Shown in pieces: positions 1-9,115 of a stretch of DNA of 64,000 nt. Position 1 is the stretch's first letter. Every line of letters starts with the position of its first letter. Position numbers and translations under genes: made by a program. The stretch is from an uncultured Candidatus Saccharibacteria bacterium (GTDB taxonomy: Bacteria > Patescibacteriota > Saccharimonadia > Saccharimonadales > Saccharimonadaceae). The notes under the pieces are model-generated. The model had not been told where the DNA came from. It worked only from the letters and a program-made list of their open reading frames with translations, and ran no database searches. Location: assembly GCA_937959535.1 (NCBI GenBank), contig CALGPW010000013.1, forward strand, positions 34,372 through 98,371, read 5' to 3'.

Positions 1-119
1 TAATCACAAACATCAGCAGCATAGCAACTGTCCGCCAAACGAAAAGCGTCCGCCCAGCAGGGCAGCCGCTCTCAATTATTAGACACGAACCATCCGATCC
101 AGGCTCGTATAAAAACATG

Positions 120-196
120 TGGTACACCCGGCGCGATTCGAACGCACGACCTCTGGTACCGCAAACCAACGCTCTATCCAGCTGAGCTACGGGTGC
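120..196 (-). tRNA. tRNA-Arg(GCG)
   Basis: Reverse complement folds as a cloverleaf, GCACCCG...CGGGTGT-ACCA; anticodon arm TTGGT-TTGCGGT-ACCAG; T-loop GTTCGAATC; CCA encoded. Confidence 0.93.
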
Positions 197-229
197 TAAC
201 TAGCTGATAATAGCATACTCAAACACTTT

Positions 230-922
230 TCACAAGTGAAGCTTGGCTAGTATTCGGTCGATAAAATCTGGCTTGACTTCTTTCATCGGCAGGCGCGCCG
301 CTAGCATGTCGACAATTTTCTCGCCTGATTCCTCAGGGAAGTAAATATTCTGCCCTAGCTGGAAGCGTTTGCGCGGAATTAGCGCAATATGATGAACATT
401 ATTGATAGTGACAACATCAAACGATTTAAACTGATCATACAGCATTAGCCGGTCGCGAACATATAGACCCTTGCGGGTCAAGGTATAATCAATAATCTCT
501 GGCGGCCGATGCGCGTACACGCCCAGCGCCACCGCCATCACTGGCAACAAAATAGTGAATGTCAGCGAATTAAACGCAAAATAAGCAATCGCCATCATTA
601 TGAGCGTCGCTAGTGCCAAAGCTGCATACCACATCATTGAACGCTCGCTATAGAGATGCTCTGGACCTTGCCAGCGCACAAGAATTTCGCTATCGTCAGG
701 CTCGACCGCTGGCGTTGCATCATCGCCAAATGCTGGAGTATTATCCTCTACTGAATTAAGATCAGTTGGAGCAGCTGAATCTGCCGCTTCGACATCACCT
801 GAAGCTGGCTGGGTCGATTCTGCACTCGTATTTAACTCTGCTTCTGAAACAGCCGCTTGAAAAGGCGCCCCAGAAGCTGTCTCTGCTGGTTTTTGCCAAT
901 CTTGCGATGAGTCGTCTTGCAT
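230..922 (-). CDS. Conserved membrane protein with acidic disordered N-terminus and two TM helices (DUF5673/PH-like C-terminus)
   Basis: 230 aa ORF; WxxPEH...RSxxWY motif followed by two hydrophobic helices; TGATATAAT 6 nt upstream of ATG. Confidence 0.7.
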   Translation of the reverse strand: MQDDSSQDWQKPAETASGAPFQAAVSEAELNTSAESTQPASGDVEAADSAAPTDLNSVEDNTPAFGDDATPAVEPDDSEILVRWQGPEHLYSERSMMWYAALALATLIMMAIAYFAFNSLTFTILLPVMAVALGVYAHRPPEIIDYTLTRKGLYVRDRLMLYDQFKSFDVVTINNVHHIALIPRKRFQLGQNIYFPEESGEKIVDMLAARLPMKEVKPDFIDRILAKLHL

Positions 923-992
923 AACCGCATTATATCATGGCTGCAGTGATTACCACAAAAAATAGAGGACAACAAACGGCCTCTACTTTTCT

Positions 993-1085
993 TGGCGGAG
1001 GAGGGGAGATTCGAACTCCCGCTACAGGTCTCCCCGTACTAACGATTTAGCAAACCGTCCCCTTCAGCCACTTGGGTACTCCTCC
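993..1085 (-). tRNA. tRNA-Ser(GCT)
   Basis: GGAGGAG...CTCCTCC-GCCA; anticodon arm ACGGT-TTGCTAA-ATCGT; long variable arm. Confidence 0.95.
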
Positions 1086-1208
1086 GAACGAAGCTATCAC
1101 CAATAGTAAAGCTCCAATCGCTACCAGTTTAGCATATTTTACCATTGCTGCATAGATTTTTGATGATAACCATGTATACTAATAACTAGAAGGACTTCAA
1201 AAATCATT

Positions 1209-1649
1209 ATGAAAAGCACTAATATTATCATTAGAATCCTAGCTTCAATCACCATCGCTATTGCTGCGCTGTCGCCGCTGCCGGTAGCGGCTATCGGCTC
1301 AATCGCGGACGGTGCTAGTTCGGCGCGCGGCGCCGACCAGCCAACCACCTTATTCGGCGAGTCTGGCGTATTTTCACGAGTGAGCAGCGTCTTGCTATTC
1401 ATCGTTGGCGCCGTTGCTGTAATCATGCTCATCATCGGCGGGCTAAAATATATCGTATCTGGCGGCGACGCCTCGAAAGTTCAATCAGCCAAGAACACTA
1501 TCCTTTACGCGCTAGTCGGTATAATCGTGGCAATTCTGGCCTACGCGGCCGTTAATTTCGTCATCGGCAATTTTATACCTAGCCCATCAGGTAGCGGTAT
1601 TGGCGGCAGCGGTACTACTACTGGCGGTTATGGCGCCTCCAGCCGCTAA
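1209..1649 (+). CDS. TrbC/VirB2-like T4SS pilin (orphan copy) with Gly/Ser-rich tail
   Basis: Signal peptide, then the two-TM hairpin IIGGLKYIVSGGD..KVQSAKNTILYALVG shared with six other ORFs. Confidence 0.85.
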   Translation: MKSTNIIIRILASITIAIAALSPLPVAAIGSIADGASSARGADQPTTLFGESGVFSRVSSVLLFIVGAVAVIMLIIGGLKYIVSGGDASKVQSAKNTILYALVGIIVAILAYAAVNFVIGNFIPSPSGSGIGGSGTTTGGYGASSR

Positions 1650-1695
1650 AGTAATTTCAGTAATTTCATTTTTATAAAAGCAAATAAGGCATTTT

Positions 1696-1784
<89 letters not shown>

Positions 1785-1806
1785 AGCGAACCCATTATAT
1801 CAGAGA

Positions 1807-2481
1807 TTAGCTACCCTGGGTAGGCTGCCGCGCTACTACTGCTACCGACACTTTTTCGACTCCGCTATCCAGTAGAGCTTTGGCAGCATAATGCAATGTC
1901 GCTCCAGTAGTGTAAATATCATCGATCAACAAACAGCTAGCAGCCTCTGAGCTGTCGCAAACAAAAGCCTGCTTCGCTTGCTGCCAGCGCTCGCTCTTAT
2001 CGGCAGTATGCTGGACTGATGAGGTTCGCCGACGCAGTATCGTACGATAGGGGAGCTTTCGGCGCCTAGCAAACTCCTTGGCTAACCTCGCTGCGTGATC
2101 GAAACCGCGCTGGCGAACGTGCGACGCAATCGTCGGTACTGGCACCACAATTGTCCCGGCAGGTAATTCTGATACGCGCGTATCCAGCAAATCAACAATC
2201 TCGCGATAAGCACCGCCAACTCGTTCGAATTTATAAGCACCAATCAACAGCTTCAAAGCGCCGCTTCGTTCGCCAACATACCAAGCATTTTTGAAAGGCG
2301 CTCTCGGCTGGCAGCGCTGGCATAAACCGCTGGAATTACGAATAGTTTTCGCGCATAGCAAGCACCGCCGCGAAGCTCGCGAGATGATGTTATTTTTACA
2401 ATTATCACAAATAATCCTGCCAATTTCACCGCAAGAACAACAGTAGTGGGGCGCTAGTATATCGAACAGGGAAATCATCAT
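1807..2481 (-). CDS. comF: ComF family competence protein (zinc ribbon plus phosphoribosyltransferase domain)
   Basis: Four CxxC pairs, RQRGFDH, LLIDDIYTTGATL PRT motif. Confidence 0.92.
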   Translation of the reverse strand: MMISLFDILAPHYCCSCGEIGRIICDNCKNNIISRASRRCLLCAKTIRNSSGLCQRCQPRAPFKNAWYVGERSGALKLLIGAYKFERVGGAYREIVDLLDTRVSELPAGTIVVPVPTIASHVRQRGFDHAARLAKEFARRRKLPYRTILRRRTSSVQHTADKSERWQQAKQAFVCDSSEAASCLLIDDIYTTGATLHYAAKALLDSGVEKVSVAVVARQPTQGS

Positions 2482-2587
2482 TGTGTTTTTTACACTCTTA
2501 TGGTTTATACAGTTGATTATACGCTATGCATAGTCTATAATGATAGTATAAATTTCAATCAGCCAACGAGAATAGTGGAGGACATCA

Positions 2588-3070
2588 ATGGCACGTAAAC
2601 AAGATGACGATCTGTTGATCGGAGACGAGCTGGCTGCAGCATTTCTCAACGATGACAGTTTAACGAACGACAATAACTCGCCAGCCGCGGCAGCACCTCA
2701 GCAGCAGACCGATGATAGCGCCTGGCAAGAGCAGGAAGAAGACTTTCCAGGCCAGCTAGCCGTTGATGTCTATGAAACTGACGAGTTGCTAGTGATTAAG
2801 GCTCGTACCGCCGGCGTCAACAAAGAAGACCTCGATGTTAGTATCTCTGACGGTATCTTGACTATCAGCGGCACGCTGTCAAGCGGCGACGACACCGCCG
2901 TTTCGCGCTGGCATATCCAAGAATGCTATTGGGGCGAATTTAGCCGCACGCTAGCATTGCCAGTAGCTGTTAAAGAAGACGAGGTGTCGGCAGTGCTCAA
3001 GGATGGTGTTCTAACTATTAGCTTCACCAAGGTCAGACAAGAACAAGCCAAAAAGATCGCTATCCAATAG
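2588..3070 (+). CDS. Hsp20/alpha-crystallin small heat-shock protein
   Basis: VDVYET, ECYWGEFSRTLALP, ALKDGVLTI-like motif, C-terminal IAI. Confidence 0.92.
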   Translation: MARKQDDDLLIGDELAAAFLNDDSLTNDNNSPAAAAPQQQTDDSAWQEQEEDFPGQLAVDVYETDELLVIKARTAGVNKEDLDVSISDGILTISGTLSSGDDTAVSRWHIQECYWGEFSRTLALPVAVKEDEVSAVLKDGVLTISFTKVRQEQAKKIAIQ

Positions 3071-3092
3071 AGCAGGGAAAATTAGATAAAAT

Positions 3093-3130
3093 AACCCGCA
3101 AGCAAACGCACAAACGCAAGCGGGTTTTTT
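3093..3130. terminator. Probable intrinsic terminator between convergent hsp20 and pilin genes
   Basis: AACCCGC...GCGGGTT followed by a T-run; A-rich on the other side. Confidence 0.55.
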
Positions 3131-3232
3131 GTTGTATAAACCAAAAACTAGCGTGCTGGCGGGAGAAAGCGAAACATATAAAATAACCGCGCCAATTCAA
3201 GCACGGTTATTATGCTTTGAAAGCAACAGGTA

Positions 3233-3697
3233 CTATTCCGACTTAACGAAGCTGGAGATCACGAAGTTGACCGCCGCGTAAGCTAGAATTGCCACTACAA
3301 TACCAACTATTGAATACAAGATGGTATTCTTGGCCGACTGCACCTGCGTCTGGTCACCCTGCGAGGTGACGTAGCGAAAGCCGCCAATGATTAGCATAAT
3401 CACCGATACGGCACCGATGATAAATAGCAAAACGTTGGTGACGATGCGGAAAATAGGCGTCTGACCCTGGTCGCAACCATTTTCATTGCCAAACAGACAG
3501 GCTGATTGGTCATCACCTTTAGCAGCTCCAGCCCCGCCTGATATATTTAATGGTTTCTCCCCACTAAAACTACCCGAGGATTTCGCTGGCGCAGCAAATG
3601 CTGGCGCCGCCTGAAACATCACGCCTGCCACCGATAGCGCCAGTGCTGGCACCGCTAGCAAACCGACAATACTATCTTTATTTAGTTTAATTCTCAT
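3233..3697 (-). CDS. TrbC/VirB2-like pilin
   Basis: Signal peptide (AFA), Cys pair, GGFRYVTSQGD..VQSAKNTILYSIVG. Confidence 0.85.
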   Translation of the reverse strand: MRIKLNKDSIVGLLAVPALALSVAGVMFQAAPAFAAPAKSSGSFSGEKPLNISGGAGAAKGDDQSACLFGNENGCDQGQTPIFRIVTNVLLFIIGAVSVIMLIIGGFRYVTSQGDQTQVQSAKNTILYSIVGIVVAILAYAAVNFVISSFVKSE

Positions 3698-3816
3698 ACG
3701 GTCGATCCTTTCTGTATGATTTATTGATCTTATACGGATTATTATACAACATTTGGTAAATAATTGGGATTGCTTTTACGCTACATTGCTAGATAGTAAC
3801 AGATGTGGTAAGTAGA

Positions 3817-4200
3817 TCAGCCCACAAACTGAGTAACGACAAAACTAACAATCGCATAAGCAGCTATCGACACTACTACACCAATAACCGCATACAAAAT
3901 AGTATTCTTGGCCGACTGCATCTGCGTCTGGTCGCCCTGCGAGGTAGCATAACGAATGCCGCCAACAATAATCATGATCACTGATATTGCACCCATCAAA
4001 AACAAGAGTATATTTGTAACTGTTGTTAATACCGAGCTGAAACTGTTAGGAGTAGTACTGGTACCTGACGCCGTCAGACCATCAGTTATGCATTGTTTGG
4101 CGCTACCGCACGACTCAGCTTGAACTGGCACACCAACAAAAACCAGCATTGTCGCACTCAATATTAGTGTCAACTCTGTCATTATTATATTTTTTCTCAT
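3817..4200 (-). CDS. TrbC/VirB2-like pilin
   Basis: VQA signal site, Cys pair, GGIRYATSQGD..MQSAKNTILYAVIG. Confidence 0.85.
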   Translation of the reverse strand: MRKNIIMTELTLILSATMLVFVGVPVQAESCGSAKQCITDGLTASGTSTTPNSFSSVLTTVTNILLFLMGAISVIMIIVGGIRYATSQGDQTQMQSAKNTILYAVIGVVVSIAAYAIVSFVVTQFVG

Positions 4201-4212
4201 AATTGCTCCTTT

Positions 4213-4605
4213 CTAGCTATAAAAACTATCAACAACCAGCATTACAATTGCCCTAGCAGCTATCGCCACCACTAGCCCGACAACCGCATACAAGACAGTA
4301 TTCTTGGCCGATTGCAATTGCTGCTGATTGCCCTGCGAAGTAATATAGCGAATTCCGCCAACAATAATCATAATTACTGATATTGCCGCCAACAACCAAA
4401 ATGCCCAACTAATCGGCGTGGAAATCGTCGTATGCGTGTTATCAATTTCATTGTGCTTGATGAGATCGCAATCCTCTTTATCGTAAGTGCCGCTATCGCA
4501 GGCGCCATGCAATTGAGCCGCCTGGACCGCTGTTGGCATTACCACCATCGCTACCAGCGACACAATTCCAGCAATTACAACTGCTAACACGGCTATTCTA
4601 CGCAT
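4213..4605 (-). CDS. TrbC/VirB2-like pilin
   Basis: VQA signal site, Cys pair, GGIRYITSQGN..LQSAKNTVLYAVVG. Confidence 0.85.
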   Translation of the reverse strand: MRRIAVLAVVIAGIVSLVAMVVMPTAVQAAQLHGACDSGTYDKEDCDLIKHNEIDNTHTTISTPISWAFWLLAAISVIMIIVGGIRYITSQGNQQQLQSAKNTVLYAVVGLVVAIAARAIVMLVVDSFYS

Positions 4606-4607
4606 AA

Positions 4608-4904
4608 TTAGAAAAACGCTCCGTTCACGAACATTATTATTGCTGCCGACATGTAAACAACCACTAGACCAACGACGGTATATAACATAGCATTTTTAGC
4701 CTGAGCCACCTTGCTAGGGTCGCCTTGCGACGTGGCATAAATAAACCCGGCAATCACCAGCACAATAACTGCAATAACCGTTGCCCAGAAATACGCCAAC
4801 CTGATTATGCCTGGCAAAGCATCATTATCTGTCTTGGTCGGGAAATAAAGAATACTGTTCGCATCAATCTTGCGCGCGGCAAGGACAATCGTTTGCCAGA
4901 TCAT
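4608..4904 (-). CDS. TrbC/VirB2-like pilin (short)
   Basis: AGFIYATSQGD..VAQAKNAMLYTVVG; ATGA overlap with upstream gene. Confidence 0.82.
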   Translation of the reverse strand: MIWQTIVLAARKIDANSILYFPTKTDNDALPGIIRLAYFWATVIAVIVLVIAGFIYATSQGDPSKVAQAKNAMLYTVVGLVVVYMSAAIIMFVNGAFF

Positions 4905-5344
4905 ATAATGTCTCCTATAACATTAACAATTTGCACGGCGAGCATAGCAATCACGAAACCTATCAGCGCGTTCTGTACCGTCTTTTTAGCGCCAGCGACG
5001 CCTTCTGGCGAGCCAGTACTATACATATAGGCAATACCACCCTTGATCAAGAAGAATATAGCTACATACGTAGACGCTATCAAGAGACAGCGTACAACAT
5101 TAGCGCCGATCTTGAACCCAGTGCGGCTAAAATCAATTTTATCAGGCTCGCTAGCCGATTTCAGACCTTCAAACTCGCAGTCGCCGCTAGACCCCTTAGT
5201 CATCATGCCATTGTACCAAGCAGGCATAGCAAAGACATAAGCATCGCACGACGCATCAGCCGCATAAGCTGCCGACGGGACAGTCGCAGAGAAGAAAACT
5301 GTACCCGTTATCACCGCTGCTAAAGCCAAAAATACGCGCTTCAT
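4901..5344 (-). CDS. TrbC/VirB2-like pilin with extended N-terminal loop
   Basis: Start MKRVF at 5344 (TAATG overlap); GGIAYMYSTGSPEGVAGAKKTVQNALIG. Confidence 0.8.
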   Translation of the reverse strand: MKRVFLALAAVITGTVFFSATVPSAAYAADASCDAYVFAMPAWYNGMMTKGSSGDCEFEGLKSASEPDKIDFSRTGFKIGANVVRCLLIASTYVAIFFLIKGGIAYMYSTGSPEGVAGAKKTVQNALIGFVIAMLAVQIVNVIGDII

Positions 5345-5712
5345 TAGTCGAAAATCCCTCCTGGAATTAGCCAATTCAGTGCCAGATACATTAAACCAAA
5401 CGCTATAATACCGACAGTCGTATTGGTCATAATCGTTTTAGCTTGAGCAACCCGGTTGCTATTAGCATCGCCGCTAGCATAGAGAACGCCCGCCCAAATA
5501 AACATGCCAATCGCCACAATTCCAACCAAAGCAACCAGTATCGTCAAGAAAAAATTGAGTAAGGCAAATATCGCCTCGCTATCTTCGGCCTTGGAACAGA
5601 TCTCGCTCGGCAACACCGCGCAATCCAACGCGTAAACCGACCGGCTAAATAGCAACAACGCGCCAATAGCACTGGTTAGAGCAATCAGACAGGTTGTTAG
5701 TTTCTGTTTCAT
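5344..5712 (-). CDS. TrbC/VirB2-like pilin
   Basis: VYA signal site, Cys pair, AGVLYASGD..VAQAKTIMTNTTVG, WLIPG. Confidence 0.8.
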   Translation of the reverse strand: MKQKLTTCLIALTSAIGALLLFSRSVYALDCAVLPSEICSKAEDSEAIFALLNFFLTILVALVGIVAIGMFIWAGVLYASGDANSNRVAQAKTIMTNTTVGIIAFGLMYLALNWLIPGGIFD

Positions 5713-5802
5713 AACGCGTATAGCTTCCTAATTAGAGTATAGCGCTGGTAGTCCATATTTGCAAACATTTTTGACAAACATTAATATTTCTTATAACGCT
5801 CA

Positions 5803-5831
5803 TTGACTTTTTGTAGCAAAAGTGCTATAAT
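5803..5831 (+). promoter_or_regulatory. Sigma70-type promoter of the T4SS operon
   Basis: TTGACT-17 nt-TATAAT with extended TG; ATG 11 nt downstream. Confidence 0.7.
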
Positions 5832-5842
5832 GAAATAGTAGT

Positions 5843-8800
5843 ATGCGGGATTGGGTAAGAACATGCCTGCAGGGTAGGATATCCTTGCGGCAAGGATTTT
5901 TAGTGCTCTCGGCAGTAACGATAGCATTATTTGCTAGTGTTCTAGCACTATCGCGGCCAGCAGCAGCTGCCGATGCCGAGCGTTCTACCAAAAACGATAC
6001 CGTTATTTACCAGAAACACACCTATACCAGAATCGACAAAGCATCGTTTGCTAGCGGCGAAAAAACCAAAAGTCTGCCAATCGCTGGCTACGACGGCTAC
6101 AAATACGAAGACAACGAAGGTATCCACCTCATCTTGACCGAAGGCGACGCCAAAACTGCCACCGAAGGCCAGGCGGTTAGCTATCTTTTGCGCAGCGGTA
6201 TATACGATCCATCGACGCAATCCTCGTCAACCAAAGTATCTATCGCCAACGCACCAGAAGCAGACGGTGATGATGACGGCGACAACTGTAAAGTTAACGT
6301 CGGCTGGTTCGTCTGCCCGGCTACGCAGCTTATCGCCGATCGGATGGATGGCGTACTCGACATCATCAAAAGTTTCCTAATCGTCCACACGCTGCAAACC
6401 GACACCACCAAAAACAACCCGATTTACGAAATCTGGCAAAAAGTCCGCGACGTCTCCAATGTCTGTTTCGTCCTGGTGTTTTTGCTGATTATTTACGCGC
6501 AAATCACCAACCAAGGCCTGAGCAACTATGGTATCAAATCAATGCTGCCGCGCTTAATCATTGGGGCTATTTTGGTCAACGTTTCGTATTGGATATCTGG
6601 CGCTTTAGTCGATACCTCGAATGTACTCGGCTCGTCAATACAACAGTTCTTTACCGACGTCCGACACGGTTTGTCTAGCCACGGCCGTCTCGGCGACGAG
6701 TTATCATGGACTGGCGTCACTGGGGTAGTACTAGCTGGCGGCGGCGTACTCGGCAAGGTGGTCGTCGCTAACGGTGGTATCGGCCCGTCGCTGACACTAC
6801 TGACCACAATGTTAGTCGGCGCCATCGTCGCAGCCATCGTGGCGATGGTGGTTCTGGCTATGCGCCAAGCGCTAATCACCCTGTGTATCATCGTTGCGCC
6901 GCTAGCTTTCGTGGCTTACGTATTGCCGAGCACAAATAAGTATTTCGATAAGTGGAAAGACCTTTTTGCCACCATGCTGCTAATGTTCCCGCTTATATCG
7001 TTCATTTTCGGTGCGGCGCAGCTAGCCGGCTACGCTATCATCGCTAATGCCGGCGACTCAATTACCCAAATTATCATCGGCTTAGCTGTGCAGGTTGCAC
7101 CGATCGCCATCACACCGCTTATCATCAAGCTTAGCGGTAATTTGCTCGGCAAACTCGCTGGTATTGTCAACAATCCAAACCGCGGCATCATCGATCGCAC
7201 CCGCAACTGGGCGCAGGAACGCGCTGCTTACCAAGCCGCCAAAAACCGCGCCGGCAAGAGCCTAATCAATACCGACAGAGGCATCTTCAGAAGGTCGCCG
7301 AAGCTAAAAAGGGCCGCCCGCGCCATCAACAGAGCCCACGGCAGCCGCGCTAACTTTGTCAACTCGGCCGTACGGCGGCAACATCGCCACACACAGCGCC
7401 GCAAAGGCTTAACCGCCGCTTACGAAGCCGCCGCTAGCAACAACGCTACCGAGTGGGACAACGACCGCTACGGCCGGCGCTCTGTCCAGACAGTCGAGGG
7501 TGAGAACGAAGCCCGCAAATCAGAAATCGGCAACACCTTCTACGCTACGCCGCACGGCCAGGCGCTTGAAGCACGCCGCCGCCGGGCCAGTATCCACAAG
7601 TCCGAGCTCGACAACGCCTTCGACCGCGGCCATCAAAATCTGACGCACCGCCAACAACTCGCCGAAATCGACAAAGCCCGCGTCCAAAATGAATTCAACG
7701 AAAGCAGAGCCGGCCAAGAAGTCGATACCGCCCGGCGCACCGTCGAGGCGCACAAACAGCGTATCAGCAACGATCAGCAAGCCCGCTGGGACACCTTGGC
7801 ACAAACCAGCCCAGGCTACAAAGCCCTAGAATTGAGCGTCAAGAAGAGCGAATTCGATGCTGCCCGCGCTAAAGAAAAACTTGGCAAAATGCACGCCGAA
7901 ATCATCGCCCAGGGCGACCAAAGCGAACATGTCGTCAACCTGCGCGGCGCTAATGCTCCAACACAGGACTATGTACTGCACGTTGCCCGCGACATCAAGC
8001 GCGCCAACATCGAAACCAACCTGACCGCCGCCGCCAAACGCGCCGCCGAGCAGGCGCTGTCCAGCGAGGTCAATACCATGATGCTCGACAACACCGTCCG
8101 CGTCGATGGCAAGCTAGTCCGCGAATACGCCGCTGGCATCGGCAGCCAATCAGCGGTACTGGCCGAATACGTGGCTAAATCGCGCAAAGAAGCCGGCGAA
8201 AAGATCGCACAGCAAGCCGAACTAGCGCACCACTTCAAACTCGACGCTGGGCAAATTGAAGCGCTGGCTACCGGCAAGCTAGGCACCGACGCTGCTGGCC
8301 AGCCGATTACCCAGCTGCATGTTACCGACGCCGCTGGCCGCAGCTATTCATTCGACGCCCGCGACGACTACGTCCGCGACATGTCGATCGCTGAACTGTT
8401 CGACGTCGGCTCGTACGAACAAAAGATGAATGTCATTAAACAAACCGGCAGAGTAGTCGACGAGCATGGCAATGTGATAGCCACTGGCTACAACTACGAC
8501 TTCCGCCGCTCGGTCGAGCAAGCTATTATCAAAACTAAATTCATGCAAGCAGCTCCAGCCCTCAGCGACAAATCACTCAAGGCTGTCCTCAACGGCGAAT
8601 TCTACGGCGACGAAAGCCTGCAATACCAGTCCTTCCGCCAGATTCTCGAGGGCCGCATCAAAACCAGCACTATCGCTAATGCTAACGCTAACGCCCTAGC
8701 TGTGATGTTCGCCGATATTGATACGAGCGACCTGACCAGGACGCAGTTCAACAAGCTCATCGAAGACAGCATTAGGTCCGAGCAGAAGAAACTCGGCGAT

Positions 8801-8995
8801 AAAGGCTTACCGAACAGCGAAGCAGATGCCCGCCAGAGCTTAATCAAGCGATTCAACAAGCGGCGCCGAAATGCCCGCAAGATGGCTGTCCAAATCCTCA
8901 ACACGCCAACCGTGCGCCAGCCTATGACCGACCAAGCCGTCGACGTACTCAAGGAATTCGCTGGCGATCTATACGACGGCGACGATGATGATTAG
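5843..8995 (+). CDS. Extended VirB6/TrbL-like T4SS membrane protein (paralog 1)
   Basis: Signal peptide, extracellular domain, NCKVNVGWFVCP, polytopic core (W..VRDVSN, LPRLIIGAILVN, RQALI..APLAF), ~600 aa helical C-terminal region. Confidence 0.75.
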   Translation: MRDWVRTCLQGRISLRQGFLVLSAVTIALFASVLALSRPAAAADAERSTKNDTVIYQKHTYTRIDKASFASGEKTKSLPIAGYDGYKYEDNEGIHLILTEGDAKTATEGQAVSYLLRSGIYDPSTQSSSTKVSIANAPEADGDDDGDNCKVNVGWFVCPATQLIADRMDGVLDIIKSFLIVHTLQTDTTKNNPIYEIWQKVRDVSNVCFVLVFLLIIYAQITNQGLSNYGIKSMLPRLIIGAILVNVSYWISGALVDTSNVLGSSIQQFFTDVRHGLSSHGRLGDELSWTGVTGVVLAGGGVLGKVVVANGGIGPSLTLLTTMLVGAIVAAIVAMVVLAMRQALITLCIIVAPLAFVAYVLPSTNKYFDKWKDLFATMLLMFPLISFIFGAAQLAGYAIIANAGDSITQIIIGLAVQVAPIAITPLIIKLSGNLLGKLAGIVNNPNRGIIDRTRNWAQERAAYQAAKNRAGKSLINTDRGIFRRSPKLKRAARAINRAHGSRANFVNSAVRRQHRHTQRRKGLTAAYEAAASNNATEWDNDRYGRRSVQTVEGENEARKSEIGNTFYATPHGQALEARRRRASIHKSELDNAFDRGHQNLTHRQQLAEIDKARVQNEFNESRAGQEVDTARRTVEAHKQRISNDQQARWDTLAQTSPGYKALELSVKKSEFDAARAKEKLGKMHAEIIAQGDQSEHVVNLRGANAPTQDYVLHVARDIKRANIETNLTAAAKRAAEQALSSEVNTMMLDNTVRVDGKLVREYAAGIGSQSAVLAEYVAKSRKEAGEKIAQQAELAHHFKLDAGQIEALATGKLGTDAAGQPITQLHVTDAAGRSYSFDARDDYVRDMSIAELFDVGSYEQKMNVIKQTGRVVDEHGNVIATGYNYDFRRSVEQAIIKTKFMQAAPALSDKSLKAVLNGEFYGDESLQYQSFRQILEGRIKTSTIANANANALAVMFADIDTSDLTRTQFNKLIEDSIRSEQKKLGDKGLPNSEADARQSLIKRFNKRRRNARKMAVQILNTPTVRQPMTDQAVDVLKEFAGDLYDGDDDD

Positions 8996-9115
8996 CGAAA
9001 ATAGCACTGCCAGCTTGATTATTTCGCCATAAAGATGTATAATAATACCACAAATGCGAGGTGGGTCGCATAGACATCATAAGCCACTAATCCCGAAGGA
9101 GGGGATTGAAGTTTT

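Noticed and set aside
2482..2587. CIRCE or other heat-shock operator upstream of hsp20
   Set aside because: No TTAGCACTC-N9-GAGTGCTAA match; only a TATAAT and an SD are visible.
3233..5712. Pilin repeats as diversity-generating retroelement TR/VR pairs
   Set aside because: No reverse transcriptase in the window, and the matches lie in the conserved core rather than in a variable C-terminus.
5948..8952. Numerous antisense ORFs within the large plus-strand genes (also throughout the window)
   Set aside because: These are shadow frames of well-supported genes with no motifs or expression signals.
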